NCBI GenBank assembly: GCA_020536535.1 | Contig: JAHLWZ010000858.1 | Coordinates: forward strand, 1-64,000 | From: Pelomyxa schiedti | Taxonomy: Eukaryota > Protista > Evosea | Length of the DNA stretch: 64,000 nt | Direction: 5' to 3' | Notes under the pieces: model-generated | Database searches by the model: none | Told to the model about the DNA's origin: nothing | The model's input: only the letters and a program-made list of their open reading frames with translations | Program-made: the position numbers and the translations under genes | Part shown: positions 24,621-37,239 of the stretch, in pieces | How positions within the stretch are numbered: position 1 is the first letter of the stretch | How the letters are laid out: each line of letters starts with the position of its first letter

Positions 24621-25799
24621 TCACGTAAGAGCAACACGAACGCTTTCCATTCCATGGGCTCGAAGGTGCTGCTGAGGTCGGGATGGAACAGTCCACACAG
24701 AAAGAGGAGTGGCTGCAGGGAGAGCAGCAAGGCTATCGGTGGAAACAATGAGGAGTCCGGTGGCACCATCATACAGCTTTGTGATGCCCTGTGTCCACAC
24801 AGCAATGAACCCGTTGGTCGCTGTTGTGTACTTGGCTCCTTGCTCGAGTCGGAGGCGCTTGAACGGCTGGCTGAGGTTGGATGTGGTGTGGAAGTTGAGA
24901 AGCACCCCTCTGTTTCCGGGCCAAGGCTCTGCCACAACGAAGCGGTGATCGTCAAGCTTTCGTAGGGGCCACTGTGACACAATCGGTACTGTGGAGTTGT
25001 ACTCGGTGCTCCAAAGGGAATAAGACTTCTCGCGAGTAGATTCATCAACGATTTGGACTGGAACCAAGATGTGGTTGGAGGAGGATGGCACTGACATGAC
25101 ACCGGCCTGAGGCTTTAGGCCGATGCACATCGGATTTGATGAAACGCAGAGCTGCTTGGTGCTGAAGGTTTTCTCCAAGTTGATTTGAACCAACATCCAC
25201 TGCTCACCTTCTCTCTGACACAACGTTGCTTGGTTGGTTCCGGTGATCTCCAACCACTTGAACCTTTCTCCCTCAATCCTCACGCTTCCATTATAATCCA
25301 TCTCTGGCCAAATGAGCAACTCACCGGTTTTGGAGCAATACAGCACAGACCACTTCTGATTCACAGCCAATCCATCAAATTGAGGGCCCTGAATGAACCC
25401 GAATTTGTGGAATGCGCCAGGCTCCCTTCCAAACGGCCAGACCTTGGCCCCTCCAAAAGGCAGTCTTGTCAAAGGCGTGTTGTGGTCAAGCCATCCCAGG
25501 TGCGAAGTAATAGGCATGTACGCCGTGCCCATGTCCACACGCCCCAAAGTGGCAGTCACAGACAACTCAATAAGAGTACTCCAAGGCATGCCCTCGTGAT
25601 CAAACCCAAATTGCACCCATCGCTCCACAGGAATCACCCACTTCTTGCCGATCTCGTTCGCGACGATGTTGGTAGATCTGAGATGGCGAACAGGACTCCG
25701 GGCGCCACATCTCGCATGAAGCCCAGTAGCGATCGCAACAAACTGACGGTATCCACTGAGTTCCCAGTCGTCTTGGTTTTGTGTGTTCACACCACTCAT
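24621..25799 (-). CDS. Intronless hypothetical protein with N-terminal HxRCGxxSP motif and beta-rich body
   Basis: 392-aa uninterrupted ORF; RQFVAIATGLHARCGARSPVRHL near the N-terminus; W/aromatic-rich short strands suggest a propeller-like fold (inference). Confidence 0.75.
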   Translation of the reverse strand: MSGVNTQNQDDWELSGYRQFVAIATGLHARCGARSPVRHLRSTNIVANEIGKKWVIPVERWVQFGFDHEGMPWSTLIELSVTATLGRVDMGTAYMPITSHLGWLDHNTPLTRLPFGGAKVWPFGREPGAFHKFGFIQGPQFDGLAVNQKWSVLYCSKTGELLIWPEMDYNGSVRIEGERFKWLEITGTNQATLCQREGEQWMLVQINLEKTFSTKQLCVSSNPMCIGLKPQAGVMSVPSSSNHILVPVQIVDESTREKSYSLWSTEYNSTVPIVSQWPLRKLDDHRFVVAEPWPGNRGVLLNFHTTSNLSQPFKRLRLEQGAKYTTATNGFIAVWTQGITKLYDGATGLLIVSTDSLAALPAATPLSVWTVPSRPQQHLRAHGMESVRVALT

Positions 25800-25977
25800 C
25801 TATGACACGTGACGTCGCTCCTGTTGAATAAGATCTGAATTGTGCTAAGTAAACAACGGGCCTACGGCATGGCAGGTCTCCCGGGTAATGATGACATAAA
25901 ACTTGGAGACAAAAAAAATTTTTTTTTTGATTTCTCCGAATTTTTCAAAGGATAAAGCACAGTACAGTCTTTACATA

Positions 25978-28841
25978 TTATTGTGTGGATCCTTCTGCTG
26001 AAACTGGTTGTTCACCAGTTTCGGTTTCAGTAACAATTGGAACTATTTGGAGTTCTACACCCCTCTCATAGGTGTGAAGTGTTCTCCTGAACCAAAGTGC
26101 AGTGACCACTGTGGCAGCTCCAATCAGCAGTAGGGGTATTATAATACAAATTGGAATCACCCACTTTTTCCAGTCCTTGGGATCAGGTGCTTTGAATGTT
26201 GTTAGACAGTGAGGAGTCGCATTCAATCATACTTTGTGTTATTGAGAGGAAGAAAACCCAATCCTGAAACGGGTCACTATCCTCTACTTCTTCCAGCTGA
26301 ACGACACCAACTGTGTAGTTCTGCCCTGATACGGTTGAAAAGGTTTGAACATAGCCACACTGAGACAAGGTCTCACTTAGTAATAAGTGGGGGTAAAGGG
26401 GAACCTACAGTCCAGTATCCAATGCACGTGCAGTTAGTGGACAATTCCGTTTGACAGTCAAAGGTATCGCCGTTAACAAGGATGTCAATATCCTTTCCAT
26501 TACCAGTGAAAGAGAAGTATGTGGCTAAAGGAATGTTAAACACTCGAATAGGGACACACGAGCTGTACCGCAATGTATATCATCTGAGCAGGTTGTGGGT
26601 GCCTGATATTTAGATGCCACAGGCAAGTAATTTGTCACTTCATATGGGACCTCAACCGGAGCTGCATTCTCACAGTAGCTATGCATAGGCACACGAACAA
26701 CTTCGGTAACCATAAGTGTGTAGGTGCCATAGAACTGCCTGTAAGCTTGAACCACGCCTATAATCCGCAGAGATTTGGGTACAAAAGATACTAGGTACGT
26801 CTCGTTGTTATCACACTGTTCGTGTTATCCTCTTTCATGATTACAATATAACAACCTTGAAGTACTTGAGACACTCATTAGATTCATCTAATATTTCAAT
26901 GTAGCACTCAACATCAGAAATCACTCGAAATGTAAGTTCACTTGGGACCACAATCTTGTAGTAGTTTCCTGTGCTCTGTCACAGAAAGTAATAACTCATT
27001 CCTACCTGCCACTGAAACAGATCTACAAGAAGATTCGTATCTTGTGATGTTTGGTGACAGTTCACCAGAAAGCACAATGGGAAGATCAAGCAATTTAGCT
27101 GTATCACAGTGGTCGTTGGGGTAAAAGCCTGTGTCCGAAAGTGAGCACCCACATTTTGGAGTTTTAGTTAACTGTTCTCGGACTGCACTGTTATTCTATA
27201 TGCACCAAGAATATCTCCACTTAGCTCGTATTGACCAATCCCTATCACATACTTAACGTTGTTTGTAGACACAAAACTATAATCGTGGGCACCCTAAAAT
27301 TAAGTGCTGAGATATTGATCTCATACAGGTTTTCTTACCCAAAAAGGGTCCCATACAGCCATGCAATCACACTCACCAGAATATAACTCAACAATGCCAT
27401 GAAACACTTCTCCAGTGTGAATTTCAATTGTTGTGCCATCCCCCATAAACGAGAAGTAATGGGCTTAGAACGTTTACTCAATGAATAGGCAAGAGCTGTT
27501 AGTGCAATACCTGCAACTTGACTCCGGCGACAAGGGACAATATGTGGAGTGCAAGTGAACCCTAGAACTCCCGTTTGTGTAAAAGGGAGGGTCATACTTT
27601 TTGGGGACCAACATTCTTCATACTCTTGGGGAGCTTCCTCTGCTACAAGAGATTAACTCATCTTTTGTATTACTGGCCTGAGTATACCAATCTCAAGGGT
27701 GTATTTGCCATAATCATGTGTGTTTTTTTGAGCAACAATCACAATCGCGTCAGCCCCCGCTTGTGCATAGAAACTCCAAAAATCGGTGCACTAACACATT
27801 CACTTAGTCTAGGCATAAGCGAGAAGAGCTACTGGCCAATGTCCCCAGCAAGTGCAATCAGTGTACGCCACCTGAACTTGACAATTAAAATCAGCTTCCA
27901 CAAAAATTGCCAGCATCAAACCAGAACCCCAAAAGTGATAATAGTTAGCTGTACGATTGTTACAGGCGAAAGTAATCAAATTACAAGAAACCATCACGAT
28001 AGCCAGAGCATGCTGTTGTTACAGACCATGGGTAGTTAGGCAGATATGTCGTTGTTACATTTGGGATATCCATATGGGTGACAAACTGTGAAACGCAGCC
28101 AGTTTGATCTGTTACAAAGTAAACAGGTAATTAGTGTTTCATTTGGCACTTACTCAAAAAGCTTTGTGAGATATTAAGAGAAAAAGAACCCCAATCAGCA
28201 TATTGGTGAACAGAAATTAGTAAAATTTTTCCAGCATCAATAGATGTAAAAGTACTGGCCGGATTGCTACACTGCACCGTATTAGTACCAGGTGCCATGT
28301 GAATATGTGAATGGGTATCACCTCTACCCACGTGACACAGGTCTCACAGTCTGGGTCGATTATTTCTGCGAGGCAACTGAATTCGGCACTGACACTAATT
28401 TCCAGTAATCCTCGGTACTGTCCAGTAACCTGATACCAGTACCCTAAAGAGATTGTAGGAACGCAACCAAAAAAAAAAGTTACCTCCTGAATCAATTTCC
28501 ACACACGGCAAGTACGACTCAGGGGAAGTGTAGTCGATAACTCCTTACGTAAAACATGATTCCAACCACACAACAATTCTCTGGTTGTTGTTTTTTTTTA
28601 AAAAAATACCCTGGTGGGAAGACGGTATGGCGGCGACAATGGGAGTAGCACAGTCATCTCCTATGCAACGTTAACGAAAGAAAGGAAAGAAGAAAAAAGC
28701 AAGCGTCTTACCGGGTTTTTGTGATGCAACAACGGCGACCTCCAACAGCACACAAACGACGGAATATGCACACAAACGGATCTCGTTGTCCGATCTCCTT
28801 CCATTCGCGGCCCTTACGTTGGTAGCACGTTTATCCCGCAT
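25978..28841 (-). CDS. Type I membrane / cell-surface protein with repeated Cys-containing extracellular modules
   Basis: Hydrophobic N-terminal segment; recurring CxxAxx(I/V) starts followed by aromatic beta-strand motifs (e.g. YCENAAPVEVPY, YWYQVTG, YFSFTG); TM helix WVIPICIIIPLLLIGAATVVTALWF followed by RR and a short tail. Confidence 0.7.
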
Positions 28842-29092
28842 TCGCGTCGTTCGAACAAAAATGTTTGTATGGAAAAAACCCAGTAAGTCATGAGTGCCAT
28901 TGAAAACTAGTACACACAATTTGACTTCGCAGAAAGTGAAGAAGTTGCAGATCCCAGTTGTTTCAGTAGGTCCTTCTTCATCGCACTCCCGGGTGCTCCT
29001 AGCTCCCCTATATCCTTTCGGTGTTTAACTGTTCCCGTCTCAGTGCTTTTCTCAACTTCATTTCTCCTTGTCTTTCTGGGAGAGACGAAATT

Positions 29093-30750
29093 ATGCAGAG
29101 CCCACCACTGCGCGCAGCCCTTCAGCAGCAGCCTCAGCAGCAACAACTGGGCTCGGCAGCGGTGCCGCCGCCGCCGGCCGCGGGCCCCCCGTCCCTGCCC
29201 GAGGGCGTGGCGGCGCCGCTGCGGACGCTGCGGCTGCGGGCGGTCGGCATGCGCGACTGCGTGGGCAAGGCCACGGCGATGCTGGCGCAGCCCAGCGCGC
29301 GCCCGGCCTGGGGCGACCTCCTGGCCCAGTACGAGTCGCTGTGCTGCGACTTTGTCAACAACCTCGCGTGCCTCAGCAGCCACGTCGTCAAGAACCCCGA
29401 CCGCCCCGGCGCCGAGCCCACCGTCGAGGGCCTCGCCCACTACTTCGTGGTCCCGCAGTGCCCCGCGTCCTCCTCCTCCTCCTCGTCCTCTGCTTCCTCC
29501 TCATCTCTGGACCAGCAGCAACAGCAGCAGCAGCAGGGATCGCCGTTGACGCCGACGTCGTTGATGATGATGCAGCAGCAGGCCAACAACCAGTTTGACT
29601 TCGAGAGATGCTCGCACTCTTTCTTCCCCCTAAAACACAAATATCTGCACCTGTCCCATAACTTACTTATTACTGAGGCTGAGGCGTATTGCTTATATGT
29701 ACATAATAGTAGTAATGTTCGTTTGCGATGGCAGAAAGCAATGCACATTTCACTCAAAAAAATCCCATGAACAGCCAATACTTTATTTTAATAATTCTGT
29801 GCACACTGTGCTGACCTGTTTTTAAGTACCTCCGTTATTATCTTCTAAACCGGACCTGGATATGGAGTTGAACGAGAAAAATATCATAAATAAAGAATTT
29901 GCCAGCTATTCCACCCACCTTGTGGTATTTATCATTCTTGAATAAGTGTAACTTTCTTACGTGTATATGTAGTACCACATTGGTACCCACAACATGCTTG
30001 CTGTGGACCTTGCACACAGCAAAGACCTGTTTCAAAAATTTTTGGATCAAGTTGATGCAAAAGCAAAAGAAAGGTTAAATACAGCTCCTCGATCTGATCC
30101 TCCCTCCCCGATGTTGGTAGGAATGTTTGCTGCAACCCAGTTTGGAATTGGTACAACAGGCTACTCTCATTTCTCCCTGTAATGATAAAAAGATCCTCGT
30201 CCTGCTATTGTTCATGAACGACAGCCAGTAATACATGCAAAACCACCTCATATCTCAATCCCACCGCAGCAACAAATCACAGGACACGGACTTCCGGCCC
30301 AAGCCATGCAAATGATGTACACACAAAATGAGGTCCATCCTGGGACTTATCCTCCCCACCTCACACAACAGTATGCACAATATAACTCCGGCCGTGTGGC
30401 TCCTATGCCTATGGCCATGTCGCTTCCACCAGGATCCATGCCACAAAGTCTTCCACCAAGTGGACTAGCTCAAGGAATTCCACAGGGAATGATGCCGGGA
30501 ATGCAACCCGGGACTGCTGTGCAGCCCGGAAACGTGGCAATGCCTGTTGCAATGCAAACAAACATGGCTCCAGTTATGCCCTCTGGATTTTCAGGGATGC
30601 CTACAGGTATGCCTCAACCGGCAACCATGCCTGGAATGATGCAATACACAACAAATGTTATGACAAATCCCCACACTCCGTATGTAACTTTCCCCAATCA
30701 CTTTTCTCTAATGACCACCTAGACCAAACTACCGAAAAATGGGCCGATCA
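29093..30750 (+). CDS. MED8: Mediator of RNA polymerase II subunit 8-like
   Basis: LRTLRLRA...RPAWGDLLAQYESL...YFVVPQ and spliced VPPLLSSKPDLDME resemble MED8; long Q/P/M-rich C-terminal tail. Confidence 0.7.
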
Positions 30751-30808
30751 TAAAACAAGATAGGCAGTTGAGAATAAAATGAATATAAAGACGTTTTGTG
30801 TTTTATGG

Positions 30809-31440
30809 TCATAGGAACAATCCCAACAAAGATAGGGCAAGGAGTGAAGCAACTGGAACCAACCCTGGTGCAGCAGAGAAATGTTTGCAAAAAACAGCAC
30901 CACCAGTTGTTCCATAGCACCCAGAATTGATGTCCTTTCGGCAAACAGCACAACCATAATTGGAGTTGCATCCACAACATTCCCAGATTGAAGGGTCAAA
31001 GCATGTGTAGTATCCAGCAGCACTTAGGGTGGGTGGGGAAAAAAAAAATAAAAGTGCATGGTCAGGTGCTGTGTGGGCTATGGAATTGGAGAAGTTTGTC
31101 AAAGAACATACTTTCCGCTTGCTCCTGGGTAGCAGTACTGCCTTGTTGAATCACAGCAGCACATCCAAGTTCCATTGCCACAGGCATAACTGGCTGGGCA
31201 CCCATTGTCCTCACCAGTTGCCTTTTTTTTGTTTGTTTGTTTGTTTGTTTATTTGTTAGTCGTTGCAGGCTAATAAAAGCATGAAATAATTAAAAACAGA
31301 GAAGGGGGGAGCACCATTGCCACGGTGGCGTCGTAAATGGCACCTTCCAATCCTGGTTCCAGTTGCTCGAAGTAATCGTCTGCAACAACGCAGAGCGCCA
31401 TCGCCGCAACAAATAAAACGCAGCGCCAAGAACAACTCAT
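30809..31440 (-). CDS. Small Cys-rich secreted, probably GPI-anchored protein
   Basis: Signal peptide MSCSWRCVLFVAAMALCVVA; CPASYACGNGTWMCCCD and ECCGCNSNYGCAVC; hydrophobic C-terminus SAAPGLVPVASLLALSLLGLFL-stop; three exons. Confidence 0.75.
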
Positions 31441-31876
31441 TGTGGGAAGCGGCCTAAGGGAAAAAAAAACAAGTTGGGACGGCGCAGGGGGCGGGGTGGC
31501 GTGGCGTGGGAAATTCGATTAGAGACGAAAGTGGTGCCGCACCTGTTTGATTATTACAGTTGTTTTTTTTTTCCTTTTGGTTCTGGTTTGATCGGGGCAA
31601 ATCTTTCGAAGACTACGAACCTGTTTATGTGAAATGGGAATTCTCATCGCTTGGTAGATCCACAATGAAACCAGTCTGAGGAGCTTCCGCTGGGAATGTA
31701 TCGGGGGTTCTCGTGTCTCGTCGCCCTTCAATGAGCAGTCTGTGAGCCTGGCATGCCCAGATCTGAGTAGTTTTTCGAGAAACCATACTTAGGCGTCTTC
31801 CAGTTTTCTCGCTTGAACCAACAAACTTGAAGAAACACGCCCGTAACAAGAAAAAAACCCCAAGGGCCGCAGTACA

Positions 31877-34275
31877 ATGGACACGCTAAAGAAACACGTA
31901 TGCTTTTTGTTCTCACCCTCTTCCGTTCTTATGTCGTTGTGTTCGATTTGGGCTATGCATGCCATTGTCTGACTTCATTTTTTTGGGTTTTTTTTTTTTT
32001 AATCAAAAAAAAAAAGCTTCCTGGCCATCGTCGCGATGCACATGAACACCAAGCTTTAATTGCTGGCCCACCGGAGATTAGGCGTGAGGACATTATATTC
32101 AACCCAACAACTGACAAGCTTGGTGGTGGAGCCTATGGTGACGTTTACAAAGGTGAATTCGTTTCCATTTCATTAATTTGATTTAAACATAAAAACAACC
32201 CGTAACCACTGTTAATGATAAATGGAACCACCTGCGTAAGTTTAACCGATTCCCCTTTAGCCATTGTCTCTGGAATCCCTGTTGCTATTAAGGTACCAAA
32301 GAAGCAACTGTGGAGCAGTCCTGAGGAGTTGGCTGCTTTTAAAGAGGAAGTTAGAATTCTCAAGTATATTTCTCCAAATGTACCTGCTCAATGCTTACAA
32401 TATGCAGGAGTATATTCCATACCAATGTGGTTCTCTTTCTTGGTACTATTTGTAAGTCCATTGTATTCTTTTTAACTTTACCACAGGAGCCTGCACTGCA
32501 GAGAGTAACGTCATGATTGTTTTAGAGAAAATGCTTTGCGATGCTGAGAAGATTCTTCACAATCCAGCTAGTGTACCAGTTGAATTGCAAAGATATGTAC
32601 AAGGTGGCCTTTCCTTACAGAATAAACTTAAAATGGCGCATGACACAGTATGTTCCAAAAACATTGTTTTATTGAAATGTATTCATCATTTCGTAGGCAT
32701 TGGGTATTGCATGGCTCCATAACATTGCCCATCTTGTCCATAGGTCATAATGTAGTGTTGTGTTTTTCCTCTCATTCCTCTCAGAGATCTCAAACCTGCC
32801 AATTTGTTACTTGATGCCCATTTCAATGTTAAGGTAGTGATACCATTCTTTGTTCGTTTTCACCCACACCAATAGGTGTCTGATTTTGGCTTCAGCCAAT
32901 TCTTCCAAGCTGGAAAGAACAGCATTTCATCAAAGGAGCCAGTCAAGGGAACCAGTAAGCCACCTTGCCCTTTCCTCCTAGTAAGAAAGCTTTATTTCAG
33001 AACTGTACTTGGCTCCGGAGGTGTGGCATTCCACACCGGCCTCTACAGCGTCGGATATGTATGTACTATTCCTTTCTGATTTTCTTTAACACTTGTAGTT
33101 ATGCATTTGGGCTGATATTATGGGAAATTTACACTGAAGAAGAACTCTTCAACAACTATACTGAAGTTGAGCCTTTTTACAGAGATGTCATCCTCAACGG
33201 ACTTCGACCGACAATTCCACCCAATGTTCCTCACCCCCACGCTTCTAATCCACCACCAGCCAGTCCCACTCTACCATCTCTGGTAAGTCACCCAGGTACA
33301 ACCTTTCATTAAGAGAAAAATAGGTGACCCTAATGACAACCTGCTGGGACGCAAATCCAGCAAAGGTTCTTCTTATTTTACCTTGCTTCACAATCTAACT
33401 GTCTCTCACCAGAGACCCAACATTTCACAAGTACTGGAGCAGCTGGAGACTGTCATGATTGAAAGCGAAATTTCCTCCCCACTAGCTCGCACTTTTTGGA
33501 AGAAACACTTTGGCTCACTTAGTGGTGCGACAACAGGTCTTCAAAGCATGGTTCCTTGGGACCACTTCTCCGCTGTCTTAGCCCAGGAGTCACATGTGCC
33601 AGCAGTCAATTTCCGCGAAATCGAGAAGATTGCGTGTGGTGAGCCACCCTCGGCACGTTCCTTTCAAAAGCCTTTTCTTATCCCCTTGCAGAAGATACAA
33701 CCGCGGTTACCATGTTGAGGTTTGATCTCATGCAAAAATGGTTTGGTGACTTCTGGCTCCCAGAAAATGTTCATCTTCTCCAGGAAGTATGCCTCGTCAA
33801 TTAAAAATCTCCTTTCTTACCTGTGCCTAGATGAACCTACTTGCTAGCCAACTGTAATCCAGTTGTTTATTTCTTCAACTTACCATGAATCACACAGGTG
33901 GTTTGCTCCTTTTGCAACCAAAGAGGATTCCGACTCTTGGCTTACCTCTCGCCCACATGGCACTTTCCTTGTTAGGCTGAGCACCAACTCCCCTACCAGT
34001 CACCCAATTACTGTTTCCAGACGACAGGGCAACCAGACATTCCACAGAAGGTTTGTTCCTGTTCATTCCCGTAAATAAAGTCCTCACCAACAGCTAAATT
34101 CAGAGTGAAACGTGTGAGTTACGCCAACGTCCCTCAACGCTATTCCTACGATACTGAGCACTCTCCCAAGCCACTCTTTCATGCCTCCATTTTCCAGCTT
34201 GTTGAAGAGCTCACACGCTTGGGTGAAATCACTACCCCTTGCCCTCAGTGTGCTGTTGGTGGAGGATACCACTAA
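31877..34275 (+). CDS. shk: Shk-family TKL kinase with C-terminal SH2 domain
   Basis: LGGGAYGDVYKG, VAIK, HRDLKPANLL, VSDFG, YLAPEV; SH2 WFAP...GTFLVRLS at ~33900-34270. Kinase-then-SH2 order is that of Dictyostelium ShkA-E. Confidence 0.9.
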
Positions 34276-34407
34276 ACCATAAACATCCAATAAATTAGCA
34301 AATAAGTACCAAAAAAAAATAAGTATCTCAGAATGCAAAATGGTATTTTTTGTTTTTGAGGTTTTAAGGTCAACAAACAGGGAACTCTTTCTGTGTTGGG
34401 AGTATTA

Positions 34408-35450
34408 TCAACTCTGAGTGAGAGTGGCGTCAGGCCCGTCGAATGGTGGTCTTACTGGAGACCTCCATAGGAAAGGGGTTGCAAAAGGGATGAAACGGGT
34501 TTTGGCAATGAACTCGGCATTGCTTGTGTTGATGCACGTATCGTCAAAGTATGTTAGGTCCTGTTCGGCGTGTGTCTGTGTGTTTTGGTCAGTTGATTAC
34601 GAGGGTATTGAAAGATATAGATTACCTCTGAAGGAGCTGGGTTTGTTGACTGTGAGGTATTGACAGAAGAGTAAGCGAGCTGCTGTGGTTGCTGTTGTTG
34701 CGGTTGCTGTGAGGGTTGTGGTTGTGCTTGTGGTTGCTGCTGCTGCTGCTGCTGCTGTTGTGCATAATATTCAGAGGGGTACATAGCTCTAGTTGCCAGT
34801 GAAACCTTTTGTGGTTTTTAAAGTGAGAAGCAACGCCCACTTCAAAAGAAGAGCGGAATGGAAGTGACTGTATACATTAGCAAGAACGAGCGGGTGCATC
34901 ATGGCTTGGTGAGCCAGAGACAGCGAGTGCAGGAGCTGGACGTGCTGCAGCGGCGACGCCACGTTCTCCGTGGCGGTTGCCTTCTTCGTGATCGTGCTCA
35001 CTCTGATTGCCCGGCTGCCGCAGTGCACGCCTGTCATCTCAGATAGGGCGCGCGTGCGCTCTCGTTCGTCGGAGAACCTCACGAACCCATAACCTGCGAT
35101 TTGGTGGGTGGTTGTGGTGGTGCGTCTTGTTAGCACCGCGAAATCCAGGGGCGCAGAGGAGTCACGTGGGGGGAAAGCAAAGAGAGGGGAAGAAACCTCG
35201 GGATTGACCGGTGTGTTGATCGTAAATCACTTTTGCGGACTTGGTCGATGCGTAACGAGATGAAAACAACGTCTACACGAGCCTGAGTCCACAGGGAGAA
35301 AAGTAGTAAGGAGAGAGGTGTTCCCCGGCTGTGAGGGGCGGAGAAAGACAGATTATGGGAGAAGCTTTAACACACTAAAAGAGTGATGTCGTTCACGTCA
35401 CCAGCGAGATCCCCGACAAACAACCCATAGTCGTTATCCCGGTCCGCCAT
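34408..35450 (-). CDS. RRM RNA-binding protein, TRNAU1AP(SECp43)/RBP45/Nam8-like
   Basis: DYGLFVGDLAGDVND (RNP2), SAKVIYD, GYGFVRFSDERERTRALSEMTGVHCGSRAIRVS (RNP1); Q-rich low-complexity tail. Confidence 0.8.
34680..34760 (-). repeat. CAG/CAA poly-glutamine microsatellite within coding sequence
   Basis: (tgc)n/(tgt)n run on + strand; similar coding poly-Q tracts near 29513-29535 and 49015-49048. Confidence 0.85.
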
Positions 35451-35692
35451 CCTTTTTTTTTTTTCTTGTGATTTCGGCTTTGGGTTGAGAGCGGTCACTT
35501 GGACCTGACGCCCCCTCACTGCCCTCCGTCGATACTTCTCGACGGCATGGTGTAAATCGAAGAGTATCACAGTGCAATTGGGGTTTGGGGAACTGTGTGG
35601 GTCACAAGTTGTCACGGCAACCAACTTGGTGAAGGAGCCGTTCGGTACAACAAACGAAGTCCCCCCACAACAAGCGAAAGAAATTAGTTGAG

Positions 35693-37078
35693 ATGCCACA
35701 CTGGAAGGGGTCGCAGCTGTCACGACACCAACTCAGGCAACAAACAAACAAGAAGCCCACAAAGTCGTTCAACTCATCAAAAGGGAGCGCAGGCACATCA
35801 CGTCTCCCTGTGAAACACAAAAAGGAGCTCGAATTTGTAGAGAAGATGAAGCACGAAGAGGCCCTCAAAAATGTGGACCCACTCGAGAGCCTGCCTGTGG
35901 CACCAGTTCTGAGTTGCGTTTTGGTTGAAAGGGTGATTGCAAATGACGTGGATGCAACTGTGCAGGTCGGGAAGTACTTGGTTAAGCTGACGAAGCGCCC
36001 ATGGGACCTTCTCTTCCCCCTCTCCAGGTTTGGTGATGACCCGGATTTTCTCCACTGGGTTTGTATACACGAATACACCGAAAACATGTGTGTGGAGCTC
36101 CTGACTGAGGCCCTCAGGGCTGGGAATGGAATGGCTGCTGTGTGCCTCGCTGAATACAACTTCAAGAGAGGAGACAATGAAGCGGCCGTGAGGTTCCTCC
36201 ATGAACCTGCTGCTCTGGCGGTCGGCAAGTGCCACTTGTTGTTGGCGAGATGTTATTCAACTGGTGACAAAGGCCTGCCGAAGGACTTGTGCAAAGCTGT
36301 CGAGGAATTCCGCAAAGCAAATTGCTTTGATGCGTCGATGGAACTTGCCGGGCTGTGCAACCAGGTGTGCGACTGGCGTGGGGCAATTGAAGCTTATCAC
36401 AGTGCAATTGGGTTCAAGGACTGTGATGCCACGGCGGTCCTGAAGGGAGTCAGAGGCATGTTACCTAAGGATCGCGATCCAGACAGCTGGCCGAGCTGGA
36501 TAAAAGAAAAGGTTTCCAAGGTACTCGAGTTATGTGTGGCACTTTCCCACCGAGTGACGAGTGCCAGCAGCATGCTGCAAGTCGTTTCAGTTCTGATGCT
36601 TTTTGGTGGGAAGAAGCGGAACTTCTCCAAGTCACTTGACCTCTGCCTGGCTGCTCAAAAGCTGCCCTGTCAGGCTCCGGTTACGGAACCATGGTTGAAG
36701 GGACTGCTGACATCCTGGGGTGATGACACAGCAACCAAGTGCACACTTGAAGTGTGCACACAAGTTCTGTCACGAGTTGTGAACGACCAGGAGAGAATCA
36801 CAACATTCCTGCTTGGGCACAACCCTCGATGTGGTGGTGGTTCATTTGTTTGGCGACTTCCTCAGTTTGTTGTTGGTGACATTGTGATTATGCTCTGGGT
36901 TCAGAACTTTGGCACCCTCAACATAGTACTTTCCCAACTGTCTGGTTCTTTCTGGGGTAGTCTTGACTACCAGTGCTCATACCACCAGTTTGGTGCAGGA
37001 AAGAGCGGTCTGATTAATTGGCTGCTGGGCAAGGTCTCCTTGCTAAAACCGCTCAAAATAAACACAAAAAAAACCTGA
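35693..37078 (+). CDS. Intronless Sel1/TPR-like repeat protein, tandem copy 1
   Basis: 461-aa ORF; LARCYSTGDKGLPKDLCKAVEEFRKA is Sel1-like; C-terminal HNPRCGxGSxVxRLP motif. Confidence 0.8.
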   Translation: MPHWKGSQLSRHQLRQQTNKKPTKSFNSSKGSAGTSRLPVKHKKELEFVEKMKHEEALKNVDPLESLPVAPVLSCVLVERVIANDVDATVQVGKYLVKLTKRPWDLLFPLSRFGDDPDFLHWVCIHEYTENMCVELLTEALRAGNGMAAVCLAEYNFKRGDNEAAVRFLHEPAALAVGKCHLLLARCYSTGDKGLPKDLCKAVEEFRKANCFDASMELAGLCNQVCDWRGAIEAYHSAIGFKDCDATAVLKGVRGMLPKDRDPDSWPSWIKEKVSKVLELCVALSHRVTSASSMLQVVSVLMLFGGKKRNFSKSLDLCLAAQKLPCQAPVTEPWLKGLLTSWGDDTATKCTLEVCTQVLSRVVNDQERITTFLLGHNPRCGGGSFVWRLPQFVVGDIVIMLWVQNFGTLNIVLSQLSGSFWGSLDYQCSYHQFGAGKSGLINWLLGKVSLLKPLKINTKKT

Positions 37079-37239
37079 AAATTGCAATTGAAAGTGCTTG
37101 TAATAAATATGCTCCTCTTCCTCTGTGCAAGTAACTTGTCGGCCTGACAAGTTGTGTGCAGTAAACCAAATTGGAATCCAGCAGAGTTTTCTTGAACCGA
37201 CTCGATTTTGAGAAAAAGAAAGCAGGAAAAAAAACCTGG

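Noticed and set aside
28907-29778. Several overlapping long ORFs on both strands
   Set aside because: Shadow frames of the GC-rich MED8 first exon; the same applies at 38719-39435, 41789-42316 and 52245-52887.
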